Assembly (NCBI RefSeq): GCF_036321535.1
Contig: NC_087438.1
Span: 4,218,001 to 4,282,000, forward strand
Length of the DNA: 64,000 nt
Direction: 5' to 3'
DNA from: Camelus dromedarius
Taxonomy: Eukaryota
Under the pieces are notes generated by a model. The model saw only the letters and a program-made list of their open reading frames with translations. It made no database searches and was not told where the DNA came from. Position numbers and translations under genes: made by a program. Shown piece by piece: positions 49,658 through 62,850 of the stretch. The stretch's first letter is position 1. Every line of letters starts with the position of its first letter.

Positions 49658-52600
49658 CACATTGATCAAATAAACCCCAGAGGAAGGGCGTGTGAAGGAC
49701 CGTGGAGGTCAATATCAGAGGGTCCTTCCTGGTCAGAAGACAGAGCCATGCGGGCTGGCATGCAGGGGGGGTGGGCTATGACCCAAGGGGAACAGTGAAT
49801 GGTCCCCGTGCTTCTGTGAGTGTGGGCCAGCCGCCCCCACTCTCCACCAGGCAATCCAGGGACTTGACACCCAGGGTCAGACTCACCCACCAGCAAAATT
49901 CTTCCCAGACTCAATCCATTGGAGAATAAGATCTGCAAATACATCACTGATGAGACTAAGGCACCTCCTCAAAACCCCATCAGGAGGCGTGATGCAAACA
50001 GAACTAATAAAGGATGAAATGCAGCCGTGAGCCTGCACTGCATAATGCTGTAGCGGCAGCAGCCCTTGGAGAGGCACAGGAATATGTTAGAGTTGGGGGA
50101 GTGGAAGCACGCGTTCATGCTCTTCCAGCCCGGTCCAGAAGGACGGGTGCCCCAGGTGTAGATGTCCTCTCCCAGCTCTTTTTCTGGAAATAGCCCCAGT
50201 GTTGAAAAGGACACTGTATCTTGCTACTACAGCACATTGGAAACATCCCTTAAGAATACAGACCTCTCTTTGCTCAAATTTTATGCTCACTAAGCAATCT
50301 TCTGAGTTATATTGTGGTGTTCTGACCAGGTGATTTTTCTCCAGGCCCTGAGCCAGGACTATTCTCAGAACCAGCATTCAGGCTGCAAAGTACAGGGAGG
50401 ATGGGGGCCAGCCCAGCACTCTGACCCCAGACCGGGCCATGCGAGCCAGAAAAGTGAAGGAGGGGAGAGTTTTCCCCAGAACTCAGGGCTAGCCAGTCCG
50501 GTCGGCAGCCCCTGGGGAGGCTTGGCTGTTCCACCTGGGCATGCGAACAAAGTGTCCCACAGAATCTGAAGGAGGCAGGGCCCTAGAGAGGGAAGACTGA
50601 TAGGAGGGAAGGCCACTGTCTTCCATCAGGGATGCGGCCTGGGTTAGCAAGACCCAGAAAGCGATATCAGCCTCCATCAATCCCTGCAAAACTGCTTCCG
50701 GAAGACACGGGCATGCTCCTCCCCACTGCTAAAGCCCCGCCTCCTTTCGTCCCCAGACGTCTCACTCCAACACCATGCTCAGCGCTGCAGCTCTGCTAGT
50801 GTTGTACAACCTCTGAGAACTGGATGAAAGGCAAAACCAGTCTCAGATTACTTTCCTCTGCATGTTTTCTTTTCCTTAAGCCAAGCTCCACTCATGTTCA
50901 CAGTAAGTGCACTTGATGCAAAACAGATCGTAAATCAAAACTAATTGAGAATTATCCTGCAAGACTCAGCCAGCAGACTCTAATTTATTGAAGTTCTTGT
51001 CCAATGTCAGATGAGGTGGTTGTGTCCATCAGTAACCTGGTAAGTTTAAAATGTGTGATCATAAACTTGGAAGCTCAGAAGTGGATGGTGCTAGCTCGAT
51101 CACGGACTTCTGTTGAATTTAGGCTCTGTTCGGAGCACTGATGTAACCCACCCCACCCACCTCTTTCCGCCCCATCTCTACATTCCCATGAGAGTGAGTC
51201 ACGACTGGGCTCAGAGGAGTGTACGCATCGACTTCATGGTGCTGAGGAAAAGGGACACTTTGGTCTGTGGCTATTTTCTGTCCTGCTGGTGACCATGGAT
51301 GAGGGCCTGCTCCCACGTGTGCCCTCTGCACGGTGGTGGAAGTGCCTACTGATGCTCCCTCGTGGGTGCTCCCACATCCTCTGGTCCTGAGGCCTCCATG
51401 CCCACCCCTGGCCATTCTCCATTAGCACCTGTATCTCTCCTGGGGTGAGGGGTGCGGTTACTGAAGCTTCAGAGACTGCTCTATGCACAGTATGAGCCCT
51501 TGAATGCTGGTGTGGAGGGAGGTGTCACGTCGTCTGTCTCCGCCTAGACCTGCCTGGTCCAGCGGCGGTTGCCCCCAACCCAGGACTGCCCTTAGGAGGC
51601 AGGGGGGCCTGGTGCTCCCTTCTCCTAGGCCCTCCAAGCTGCCCTCCAGCCCTGGGGGTCCCCACTCCTTCTCTGCGAAGGAGGCACTGCTTTTGCACCC
51701 TCCACAGCCCTCCCGCAATGTGGGTTAAGGTGTAATCTTTGTGTTCTGTGTCTTCTGAACTTTGCCATTGGACTATGAAGCTGAGATTTGGCATTCAAAA
51801 GCCAAAATACAACAAATGAATAAACACATAAAATGTGTTCCCTTCTTCATAATCTCTTGCAACCCAGAGCAAGGGCTTTCAAGGCCATTTTGGAGGCATA
51901 GCTGACAAGGTAATCCCGTGTTCTCTCTGGGTCCTCCTGGGTCCTCCTGGGTCCTCTGCTCCTGAGGCAACTAGCCTCACCCTCAGGATCTCGGTTAACG
52001 GCAGGAGAATCACCACGTAATTAACGGGAACGTCAAGGATGAAAATGCAACAGGTGAAACTTCCAAATAGTACCTGGAGTTAGGTGCCTTCTCACCTGCC
52101 TGCGTCTGGGGGTGAAGGCCCGTGATGACCCAGAACGAGGAACGGGCTCCGCAAGGTACAGGTTTTATTCTATGGGACAGGGTCCCATGGGGCAGGTCTG
52201 AGCCTGAGACAGACTTGGAATCTGTGCAATCATGTTGTTTGTGAATAAAGACAGCTCAATTTCTTCTTTCTTTCAAAAACGAAAGTTAGTGTCTTCTCCA
52301 CCCTCTAACCTCTTTGTTCTCCCAGGATGGGAAACATGCGGGCTCTGAAGATAGTCCCCTGGGAGGCTGGCTGCCTCTGCCTCCCTCCACCCGTAGGTGG
52401 ACCCCAGGCCCCGGCAGACACTGCAGACAGCCCTCGGCCTGTGTTTCCCTCTAGCTGTGTCTTCCCTCCCTCTTCCCTCCCACTGCCCATCCTGTTCCAT
52501 GCTATTTCCAAAACACCAGCTGCTATGCAGTTAAAAATATTAAGAATGTTTTAAAAAGAGACAGACAGCTGAGTGGACAGTTCAGTTGGAATAAACGAAA

Positions 52601-54118
52601 CCACCCAGAGCACTTTGGCTGATCAGGACTAATGCCGCCCAAACCTGCAGGAAGGGATTATGCTGGGAAAATGACATGAAAGCTGGCTTCGAGCCACCTG
52701 CGTGATGGGGCCTAGGCAATCAACGGGATGGGCTCACCCAGCCCTCTGTGACCTGGACAGCCAGCCACTCTCTTAAATTACAAGGTGACAGCTCCCTGGA
52801 GAGCCATGGCAATAGTCTGCAGAACTCAAGTTTGGTTCTCATGTTTCCCTTTCCCTTCCAATTATGACCCACATAGAGAAGCTTATGATGGAACGTGGGG
52901 ACGTGCAAGACTAACACATTTACATTTATGTGGGCTTTTCACTGGGAGCTTGGAGAATCCGCCCAGGGGGCCCCGTAGCCCTCAGAAAGACTGCCAAGTG
53001 CTCCTCGCCTGCCCAGGTCCCCAGCTACACAACTCTGTGAGCCCAGCAAATGCCACTGCTTGCAGTGGGGGAGTCCTAGCCATACTGTTATCCTTCTGAA
53101 TGTGTGACCTCTTGATTTATTCCCTCTGTATTTATTGAAAGAATAGCGCCATCTCCACATTCGCTCTAAATTATTCTGCCTGCATCGAGGGGCTTTAATC
53201 CAGAGCTTCCTTCTGTTCTTTCTCCCAAGATGCAAACAAAATAATTTTCTAAAAGAAATAATTTAGGAGGAAAGGAAAGTCCTGCATAAATTTAAAAGCC
53301 ATTTTTAATCAGTTTGTATTTTACTAGAAAGATCTCAAAGTTGCATTATGTTGGTTTCAGGGGTTGTGAGCAGCTGTTAACTCCCAAGTCCTAAGGGAGA
53401 AGGCAAATGCTTGCAAAGAACCAGTATCTCCATAGTTTGCTAAACTCAAGAGTTTATTCTGTGCCAGATTTCATATCTCCTCCTAACAAGAGGGCAGTGG
53501 CCTGCCAGGTGCTGCAGGGAGCTCTGGAAGAAAGCTGGTTCATGAGAGAGAAAAGAACCATGAGAGTAGGGGAAATGAACCTCTCATCCTTGGGGCTCTC
53601 CACCCACAGCCAAGGAGACATCTGAGCAAGAGGGTCGTCCCTGGAGCATCTTACGTGACTCCTTCACCCACCAGCACAGCCAGCAGTACACGATGGCTTG
53701 GAGGCAGGAGTAGGAGGCAGGTCGTGACAACTGTGCCTCGGGTGAGACTGCACATCCTTTCCAGACTCCAGTGTCTGAACTGAAGCTGGTTCCATTCCCT
53801 AATTTCCCCCCAAGACTCCTGTTTCATTTTCTATTTGACCAGTAAAGTTTGTCCAAGGAGACATTAGCTTCACTTTACTCCCAGATGTTCTTTATTATCT
53901 AAGCAATGATATTTTTCTGTTCAGTTGATGCTAGCCATGGGATGGACACAGCGTTTCCATCAGTGCTGAAAAGCCTGGTTACGCCCAAAACCCTCAGCAC
54001 ATTTGGGCCAAGAATCATAATTGCCAAACACCAGATCAGACATCTCATGGTCAAGAAGAAGGTCCCAAGAATAAGCTGAATCTTGCTGTCTCTCCCATGT
54101 CTCTTGGACACAGCATCG

Positions 54119-54261
54119 TCAAATGCGGGCTGTGGTGGCTCTTGGAAGGAGCAGAAGTGGGAGGGGGCTGTCGAATGTTGCAGCAGTGGAAGAGGTGTCC
54201 TCGTTCTTTATTCTGAAGGTTCTTATTTGAGCCAAGCCTGAGATGGCAGTTTTCCCAGCTC
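54119..54261 (-). CDS. Candidate terminal coding exon (GAGKTAISGLAQIRTFRIKNEDTSSTAATFDSPLPLLLLPRATTARI*)
   Basis: ttttatttttgtttatcgggactccacAG acceptor, phase 1, TGA stop, minus-strand AATAAA at 53891-53896. Confidence 0.3.
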
Positions 54262-54934
54262 CTGTGGAGTCCCGATAAACAAAAATAAAATATTTAAACC
54301 TGGTATGTGTCTTCCTTTAGCTACCCAGAACCATGGGGCCATGTGGGACAGAGGGTGGCAGTGATGCAGGATGAGTGAGAGGAGTAAGAGGACAGATGCA
54401 CAAGGAGTCGGGAACACTGACTGATGGGGGAGAGGCTTGGAAGATTAATATCTTACTGCCACTCCATTCTCACAGGAGACAGACTGCACCCCAGGTGATG
54501 GGAGAGTTCATGTTGGCCTGCCCACCTGCTGCTGGGGGCCCCCCTGGTAGAGACGTCCCAAGGGTGGTCACTCCTTGCTGGATGATTACAATGGCATGGC
54601 AACTCAATTTCTTCTAAAAAAATTCCGGAGTAATTTGCACTCGCTTTCCACTTCATCACACAGAAAGACAGCCTAGGTCAGCACACATGTCTGTCTCTTC
54701 AGTGTGAGAGGCAGCTCACAGCCTGGGGTAAGCAGCCCAACCAGAGGACCACACTAACTCTGATTATTGGTGTCTGATGGTCGCCACACTTTCTGCCTTC
54801 AGGATGGATCGATTCCAGTTGACTTGTGTGCGTGCCTTTGCTGACGGAGCTGATTTTATTAACTGACACATCCTTGGAAGGGTCCCAAGTAGGGGGAAGA
54901 GCGTCACACTATCGTGTCCCCTATTAAAACACAC

Positions 54935-55077
54935 CATTTGCAGAAGAGGATGTCTGAAAACTTGCAGGTTCCAAGAGTGTTCCTTCAGTGTCTGTTCCTT
55001 CAGTTCCTTCAGTGTCTGGCGGTCCCCCTCCCTCCCTTTTGTTTTTCACAGCAGAGAATTTTGCAGGTTCTCTCTTG
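54935..55077 (-). CDS. Candidate 143-nt internal exon (KREPAKFSAVKNKREGGGPPDTEGTEGTDTEGTLLEPASFQTSSSAN)
   Basis: atgtttttccctctaAG acceptor, atg|GTgtgt donor, phase 2-1; internal repeat spacings of 15 and 9 nt preserve frame. Confidence 0.3.
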
Positions 55078-55467
55078 CTTAGAGGGAAAAACATGGCCCA
55101 CTTAACAAGCTGATTTCTTCCGTGGTTGTGCAATTTCTTTATAGTTTATGAACAATTTTTGTCCACAGGGACAAAAGCAAATATTGGTTACAATGTAATC
55201 AAATGGATAGAGCCAGGGTGGAAAAACAAATTCCTTTGAGTTATTGTCACAGCTTCATCACAGACCTTGTGATTTTTTGCAATTTGTAGCCTGCAATGGC
55301 TAAAGGTCAAACTAATCTGCGGTAAGGAAAAAGAAATAGAAAGTTCAGAAACTGCGCTCTCAGCATTATTGTTCTCCCAAAATCCAGTTGTGGGAATAAG
55401 TGACCTCATCCCAGGTGCACAATCCTCCCTTGCTGAATGAATGCTGAGTGATTTTAACCACGTACAG

Positions 55468-55791
55468 TGTGTAAGTCAGCTGGAACTGCCATGACGGATA
55501 CCACAGACAGGGCAGCGGAAACAACAGAAATGTATTTCTCACAGTCCTGGAGGCTGGAAGTCCAAGACCAGGGCGTCAGCATGGCCAGATGGGGCGAGGG
55601 CTCTCTTCTTGGCTTACAGACGGCCGCCTCCTTGCTGTGTGGAGAGAGAGCCCCTTCTCTTCCTGTCCTTACAAGGCCACCAATTTTACTGCATTAGGGC
55701 TTTGTCCTTATGACTTCAGTTAAACTTAATTACCTCCAAATATAGGGCTTCAACATAGGAATTTTGGGAGAACACAGTTCATTTCATAGCA
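55468..55791 (-). mobile_element. MLT1A/B-like solo LTR
   Basis: aacaacagaaatgtatttctcacagtcctggaggctggaagtccaaga ... gaacacagttcatttcatagca. Confidence 0.85.
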
Positions 55792-57614
55792 TGTGGCCAT
55801 TCTTTGTAAGGTCGTGTTCAGAGTGTTGAGCTCAGTCACTTAAAAGAAGTCATTATATATGCAGTGTCTATATGTATAAGCAGATATGGGCATAGACATC
55901 AATACAGATACAGATTGGATACAGAGATAGGTGAGAAAACATAACAAAATGGTCACGGTGATTCAGGGGAGAAAGTGCTGGCCTGCAGAGCGTAGCCTGG
56001 CATCACTGCAGGTGTGGCAGAAGACGACACTGGGCAGACTCTCAGGGAATCAATAGGATTTTGAGAGGCCGGACTGAGGTGCAGGGGAAGGTGAGCGTCC
56101 AGGCTCTAGCCAAGGAGCCCAGGCAGATGGGGCTACACGTTAAGTATTCAAACAAGTCCAGAGACCAGGTAGGAAGGAGCAGGGTGCCTTTGAGTTCCAA
56201 GCTAAGAATTTTGAAAAGAATCACTGAGGATTAGAATTCAGGAGTTGTCACAATCCTGGGGTCGGGGAGCTGCATGTGGTCAGAGAGGGGGCTTCGAGAT
56301 CATGGAGTCCCCAGAAGTGCAGAGAACGGGCTGGAGGGAGCTCCCTGAAGCTCCTCCCACAACCCCCATAAGAGAGAGGAGGCAGGGAAAGGCAAGGATG
56401 GCACTGGCGAGCATTTTAATTAACGTATTTTTATGTTTGCACTCGTAACTGTTATGTTTCACACCAGGGTGCCCAATTCTGGGGGGAAAAACAAACATTT
56501 TTCATGCACTAACACTGCTGATGCATTCCAAAATCCTTCTGAAATCATCAATGTGAAGACAGAGCAGCAAACAGAAAGATAACTGAGGTGTCTGAAGTTT
56601 TCCCTGCAATAAACACCAGAGGTAATTAAACGTTTAGGTCTGGCCAACCCAAGATATGGATTCTTGAACCAAATACATAAATTGTTATGATTCCACACAA
56701 AGTAAGTATCACTTGCTGTACTAATGAAAATGGTTGGACGCACAGGGAGTTTTAAAAGCTACATGCAGCTATTATGATATACTACGGCGTTCACATCAAA
56801 AGGAAAAAGAGTTTTATTTCTGTGATCACAGTGTTCCAAAAAGCCATGTTCTAGATGCTCTTAAATATTTCAAGATTCCCCATAATAGAAGTGAAAGTGA
56901 ATATAGATGTGTTTTCTCAGAACTTTTGGTATATATCAAAAGCTGTTATGAAGATGTAATTTCTACTGAAATTTCAGAAGCAAACAAGGCAGGTAGAGAG
57001 CTGGAGCCCGTCCCCCAGTAACAGCAATGCACCATTCATCCTGCAGAGGAAGTGAAGCAGAGCACTGCTACCAGCATGCACTTCATCAGTTTGGAGGGTG
57101 CGGGAATGATGGGCTGAGAGGAAATTGATTTTTTTGCTAAGTTGGAAAAAAACAAATTTCTAAGAAAAGACATGGGCTCATTAAAGTGTTTACAGGGCTG
57201 GTGCAAAGGATTTAAGGAGAAACACTGAACTCTTAAAAAAAAAAAAAAAAAAACACAGTGGTCCTTGGTCTTGTTGACGCATCCCTGGGGAAATGAAGCA
57301 CCACTCTGTTTCTGTTACTGGTGACGATGCTGCAGTTGCAAAATAATCTCCCATCAGTAACAAGGACCAGTGATGTCCGTTGAGGCCACCCTTGGAAATA
57401 CCGCAGGTGACACTGAAAAGAGGGACCTCCCTTAGATCACAGTGAGTAAACTTGTTTCTGCATGATAGACAGTTCAGAAGAAGAAGAAGGGGAAAAAAGG
57501 TGTGTGTGAACCATTTCCTTTTTTATTTGAAAATGAAATTAGCTGTGGAAGGCATCCAATGAGGGTAGGACTGTATCCCCTTAAAATTAGATTACCTCAT
57601 CTATTGAATGGCAG

Positions 57615-58010
57615 TGTCAGCTTAAAAAAATGCACAGCCTGAAAGTTGAGAATGATGTTTTATTCGGGGCCTTACTGAGAACTATGGCCTGGGAACCAGC
57701 CTCTCAGATCGCTCTGAGGGACTGTTCCAAAGAGGTAAGGCAGAAGCCAGGATATATAGGAGTTTTTGCTGGAAAAAAACAAACAAACAAAAAAATGTAG
57801 TTGAATATCAAAAGATTACTGCTAATCACAAAAACAAACACGTCAAGTTGAAGATTTCAGTGCTTTTCTATGTGTGGGAAGATGTAAATCTGGGTGTGTT
57901 GACATTGTTCCTTGGCTCTGCATCTTAACTGCCTAAGGCCGGTCTCCTGCTTTTGTCCATCCTGAATGGCTTTATGACTGCAACATCCTTTGTTTACTGA
58001 CATGGCCACA
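57615..58010 (-). mobile_element. ERV1-class solo LTR, same family as 17638-18116
   Basis: TG...CA, perfect 4-bp TSD GCAG (57611-57614 / 58011-58014); aatgcacagcctgaaagttgaga is the reverse complement of the 3' end of the 17.6-kb LTR. Confidence 0.85.
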
Positions 58011-58787
58011 GCAGAATATCAAAGAAGAAATTAAAATGGTCATTTAATCGTGGAATGTAGACATCTGAGCACATTTGAGAAGTCCCAACCCACAGTCAAC
58101 TTCTCCAGGCTAATCCCCATCACCTGGGCTCACTGGACTGCTGCCCCCGCCCCCTCCCCCAGCCTCAGCCAGGACTGGGCCGGAAGCACCTGGAGCACCT
58201 CCCACAAGGTGAACCTCCGCGTACTAACCCACCCTGTCCTGTCCCCTGCGATTCCTGGGCTGCCAGCTCTCTGACACATTAGAGAGTCCATGAATGTGCT
58301 ATCAATGGTCATGATTACTTTCAAACAGCACTGCGAGCGAGACTTTAAATCACCACGGCACCATCCTAGGAAAGGAAATTTGTCGGCGAACAAACAGTAC
58401 ATGTGCAATGGCGTTTCAGTGGAGCCCTGTGTTTCATTGTTCACACTCACTCCTCAGTGCAACTCCCAGCCCCCAGGACTGAGTCATGGTCTCGGAGACA
58501 GCCTCCCTCTCACTTGACAAGTACCTGCAACTCCTGTGCTGACCGTGGGGCCATGTGCAGCATGGATATCGAATCTGTCTCCAGAAGGAAGAACCTGGAG
58601 GTCACAGGAAGAAGCACTTCAGCTCTTCAACAAAAAGACCTTCTCAGTTGGGAAGCCAACCTAGCTGGAGGCTGAATGATCATCTGTTAGGGATCGTTCT
58701 AGGGAACTAGAAAGACTAAGTCCCTAGAGGGCCACCCCATGGGGTCTGCGTGGTCTCTAATGAACAGAGCAAAGAGATTGGACTCAC

Positions 58788-58818
58788 CTTGAGGAGCAGA
58801 AGCTCCCATGCCAGAACC
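58788..58818 (-). CDS. Candidate 31-nt internal exon
   Basis: tctgctcccgcAG | 31 nt | aag GTgagt, near-consensus sites after a long pyrimidine-rich stretch. Confidence 0.25.
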
Positions 58819-60372
58819 CTGCGGGAGCAGACTCAGCAGATGTGAGAACGAACAGAGCAGGCCCATCAGACGGGAGGTGGGAAAGAAGCAGAGGGGAGGA
58901 GACCCAGGGGAAGCCGGCCACGTCAGTGGAGGCCCTGGCAGGGCGTTTGGCCTCCTCCCCAGGGGTGAGAGCATCCCCACTGTGAAACAGGCACCAAGCC
59001 CAGCACCACTGAGCCACTGAGCTCAGCCAGCTTCAGATCCCACTGCCGGGGGCAGACACTGTCCCCCTCTCACCAGCTTCAAACCACCCATGCCCGGTGC
59101 CGGATTTGCCAGAGCTTTCCCTGTAAGTTGAATGAATCAGCCTGCTGGTTTTATATATCAGTCTTGCTAGTTTGGCTAATGTTAATCTGCCTCTAAAGAT
59201 AGAGCCATTCTCTGCAAGGCTGACCAAGCCACCTGCCTGATCCTAGGCGGTTTCTTGGGAGACTGAATCCCTGGCCGAAAGAAAGGTGGGTCAGCCAGGG
59301 CCCCACATGGCTGCAGGGACAAGGGCATGGTGACTTCTCCTTGACACGCCTACCATAGTGCTTTCTCAAGCATCAGAGGAGAAGATATATAATGAACAAT
59401 TCCTTCACCCTCTAGATGATAACTGGACCAAGGTCAGGTCTCCCCACTAAGCTCCCACTTCCCACTTCCCACTTCCCACTGAAACACCCCCAACCAAAAT
59501 TGCTCAGAAAGCCCAGACCTCTGGAGATGCTGTTCTGAAGATCTAGTCAAAGAAATAAAGGCCCCAAGGTTGAACAAAAGCCCCCAACTTATTCCTGCAG
59601 GAACAGGGTTTTATCAAATGGCCAAATTCACAGCCTTGCTGTATCCCCGTAAGAGACAGATCTGAAATGATGACACACAGGGAGCATCACATTCTTCAGA
59701 GGCTGCAGGTCCAAGAGTTCTTCATCTGAGTGATTCAGACACTTTATTGGGGATGAGTATAGAAACCTGAGGTCATGAAAAAAGATGGGGATAAATAAAA
59801 TGATGCTCTTTTCATTTAATAAGGCACATCGAGTGTCACCCAGAGTATGGAGAAGTAGGCAAGCAGGTGGGAGTGTACAGTTTTTCCAGTTATAAGGCCA
59901 ACTCAGCAGCGTCTACTAAACTGTTAAAATCATGTGTCTTTGGACCCGGGCCTTGTACCTCTAGGAATCTGGGGAGACATTTTCGTGGTTTACAAGGAAA
60001 CAGATCACTTCAGCATTGTTTATCATGAGGAAAAACACAAACTGAAAACAACAAAACAGGCAATAACTAAATAAGCTTTGGAACCTCTGTATAATGTGTA
60101 ACCTTTGAAAGGGGTGAGTGCACTGGCAGGAGAAGCTACCCCAGGCTGTCGCTAAGTGACCGGGTGTGAGCTGCACAGACGGGGTCCCCAGCACACGTAC
60201 ACGTGTGCAGCATACAGCGTTCAGGTTTGAGCCACTACCCACAGACGTGTCTCTGAGGAGTGGCCCTGCAGGGCACCGTGGGACCCTGGGCGCACTCCAG
60301 TCTGTGGGTGCGTGGGCACCGGCATAGCCCCCCTTCACCAGGGCACTGCGAGGCTCACGTGACCTGACATAC

Positions 60373-60471
60373 ATGGAGTCTGTAAAGCAGCGCTCGCCCG
60401 TAGCAGGCGCAAAGCGAGTGATTGCAGTTCTGTTATTACTGTTGGAAAATCTTGTCCATGATTTTGAACTA
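60373..60471 (-). CDS. Candidate 99-nt internal exon
   Basis: ttgtcttgtttcctgttataaAG | 99 nt | GTatgt; two open frames (VQNHGQDFPTVITELQSLALRLLRASAALQTP or SSKSWTRFSNSNNRTAITRFAPATGERCFTDS); CpG-retaining. Confidence 0.3.
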
Positions 60472-62850
60472 CTTTATAACAGGAAACAAGACAATTTAAG
60501 AATCAACCATGCTTTCGCACTACCGAAGGTCCTCACCAGTTCAGAGTTACTTGGACCCGTGCAGCTGCCGAAAGACTAGGGCTGAGGCCCCCTTTAGCAC
60601 AAGACTCTCTCAGTCTGGAGCTGTGGACATTCTGCCGCTGACAGAGTACCCGTTCCGGCTCATCAGCTTCCTCCCCCCCAGAGACAACTGCATGCAAACC
60701 AGGAAGGGAAATTCTGCCAAGCAAAAGGTTTCCATTCACCAGCTGCGCCTCTGTTTTCTGCCTGTCTGTCGAACAGGTAAGCCATGTGGAAAAGTTTGTG
60801 CAATCTTAAACTTCATAGTAGCACTGGCAGTAATCATAATAATGATAGGGATGGAAATAATAATAATAATAATAGTAATAATAAGAATAGTAACAGCAGG
60901 TGCTATAAATTTGAGTAGCACTTCATAGCTTTCAAGAGTGTTTTCAAATGAATTCGCTGCTTCCTTCTACGCTTCAAATAACCCTGCAAATACATAGATA
61001 ATCACTACTGTGGCCACATCTTTAAAAGTTTCTGTGATTTTAAATCAACATTTAAGGTGCAGGGAAATGGAAACTTTTTTTTTATCAGCACACAGGAGGA
61101 GATTTACATGAGCCTCTTGCTGGCTCATCCCCATAAGAACAGTCACCTTATGGTAAGGACTCCTGAGTGCAAGGATGGTGATCAGGCTTCCCACCCCTTT
61201 TGTCCAAATCTGCTGCAGGACGCTAGGTAAACAACTTGGTAACAGTCAACAGTGAAAGGCTTTGTAGGCTCAGGGATGCCAGGGAACAAGACACCTTCCA
61301 AGGCTGTGTCACAATCTCATTTCTTTTCCTTCTCCCTGGAATTTTAATCAGTCTGAGCATCAGTTAATGATTCTTTCCTATCCATTTGATTAAAACACAA
61401 AGTCACTGAGGCAGTAGCAAATTGGATTTTTTTTCCCTTGGCCCTTAATGCACTGTGGTAATGAAATCCATGACTTCCAACCTCTGCTGGTGATGAGCCG
61501 ACATGTACAGTATGAAAGTCAGGAACGCTCATTTGTCTCCTTGCTGATTACCCTTCCCGAGGAAGGCCCTCTCAGAGCCAGGCATCTCTAGCACAGAGCA
61601 CCTGTGTGGGAGAACTGAAGATTGAACACCATTTCTTTTCAAGCATCTGCAGCTTTTATTACTTGGATGAAATCATATCCTACATACTAATTTAATAAAT
61701 TCCTTTAAGCTTACACAGAATCCTTTCCTGGAAAAGGATGTGTTTATATCCCATTGGCCAGTGCACTGAAAGATTTCCATTTACAACCCAAGGGAGAAAG
61801 AGTAGTGAAGATTAAAAACAAGGCAAAGCCACTCCAATCCATGTCCTGATTAAGCTTTACAGATGCTGCTTATCACAAAACTGGGTTGTAAAAGGTAGCA
61901 TCCAAGCCCTTGTCACTCAAATATATAAAGAAAGCAGCTCCCCACTGCCCTTGGTCAGCCTTTCCAGCGATGATCCCCTCTCGTTCTTCATCTCTTTGCC
62001 TCAGTCCCAAGATCACCAACTCTGGACAAAAACTGTCACGCCAGAGCTCAGCATTGGAACCGCTGTTGGGACTGGCTCAGAGCAGTTGCTTGCACGTGGG
62101 CAGAAGAACCAGAAGCCCACCTTTCCTACCTCTCTTTTTCAAGGAGAAAATAAATCAGATGACAAAGAACTGGGGAGGAAAGAACTGTTGCAGTAACATA
62201 TAGAAAACATACAGAAAATGTTTCAGCAACATATAGAAAATCCTCATTATAAGAAGGCAATATGAGCTCACATGCCTGAGTTTATATTTATTCATTCAAC
62301 AAAAATATAGTGTTTTCTTTATGTATCAGGCATTAAAGATGCATCTATACACAAAATTTTAAAAACCTGTGTTCCCATGGAGCTTTCCATGTAATATAAA
62401 ACTATGTCCCATAATCTTAAAAATAACCAGCAGTTTTACTACACTTGTGTGGGAGTAGATCCTCGGGAAGGATAACCCACCACTTCCTCCCAGCCCGCGA
62501 AACTTCAGCACCACGTGGTGGACAGCTCCACGCTGCGTGACAACAGCTCCCAGGCTAGGAGCGCTGGTCTCTCAGCACCCCAAAGTCGCAGAAGGCACTG
62601 AGCTACACCCAGACACGACTTGAAAGTGGGGAAATCAGTGTCCCAGGACAATCCCTGGGAGAAGGGAATCCGTGGATAAAATTCAAGCATCACAGCCCTC
62701 CAGCAAAACAACTCCGAAACACGATTCCTAAGGTCTCGTCCAGCTTTTCTCGGTAGTAACCTGCACAGTAAGAAGAACTTAACTGATGGTTCTCTTTTCA
62801 ATGAAACACATTCTCACTCCCTCGCTTCTGTTTTTTATGAGATAGTCCCC

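Noticed and set aside
49885..49930. 46-nt minus-strand exon candidate (DLILQWIESGKNFAG) that might link the two chains
   Set aside because: Phase 1-2 needs a further phase 2-1 exon to reach 24262, and I could not find a convincing one.
51927..59480. Short tandem repeats (ctgggtcctc x3 near 51927; cccactt x4 near 59454) as CRISPR-like or functional arrays
   Set aside because: No unique spacers, no cas genes, eukaryotic context; ordinary slippage duplications.
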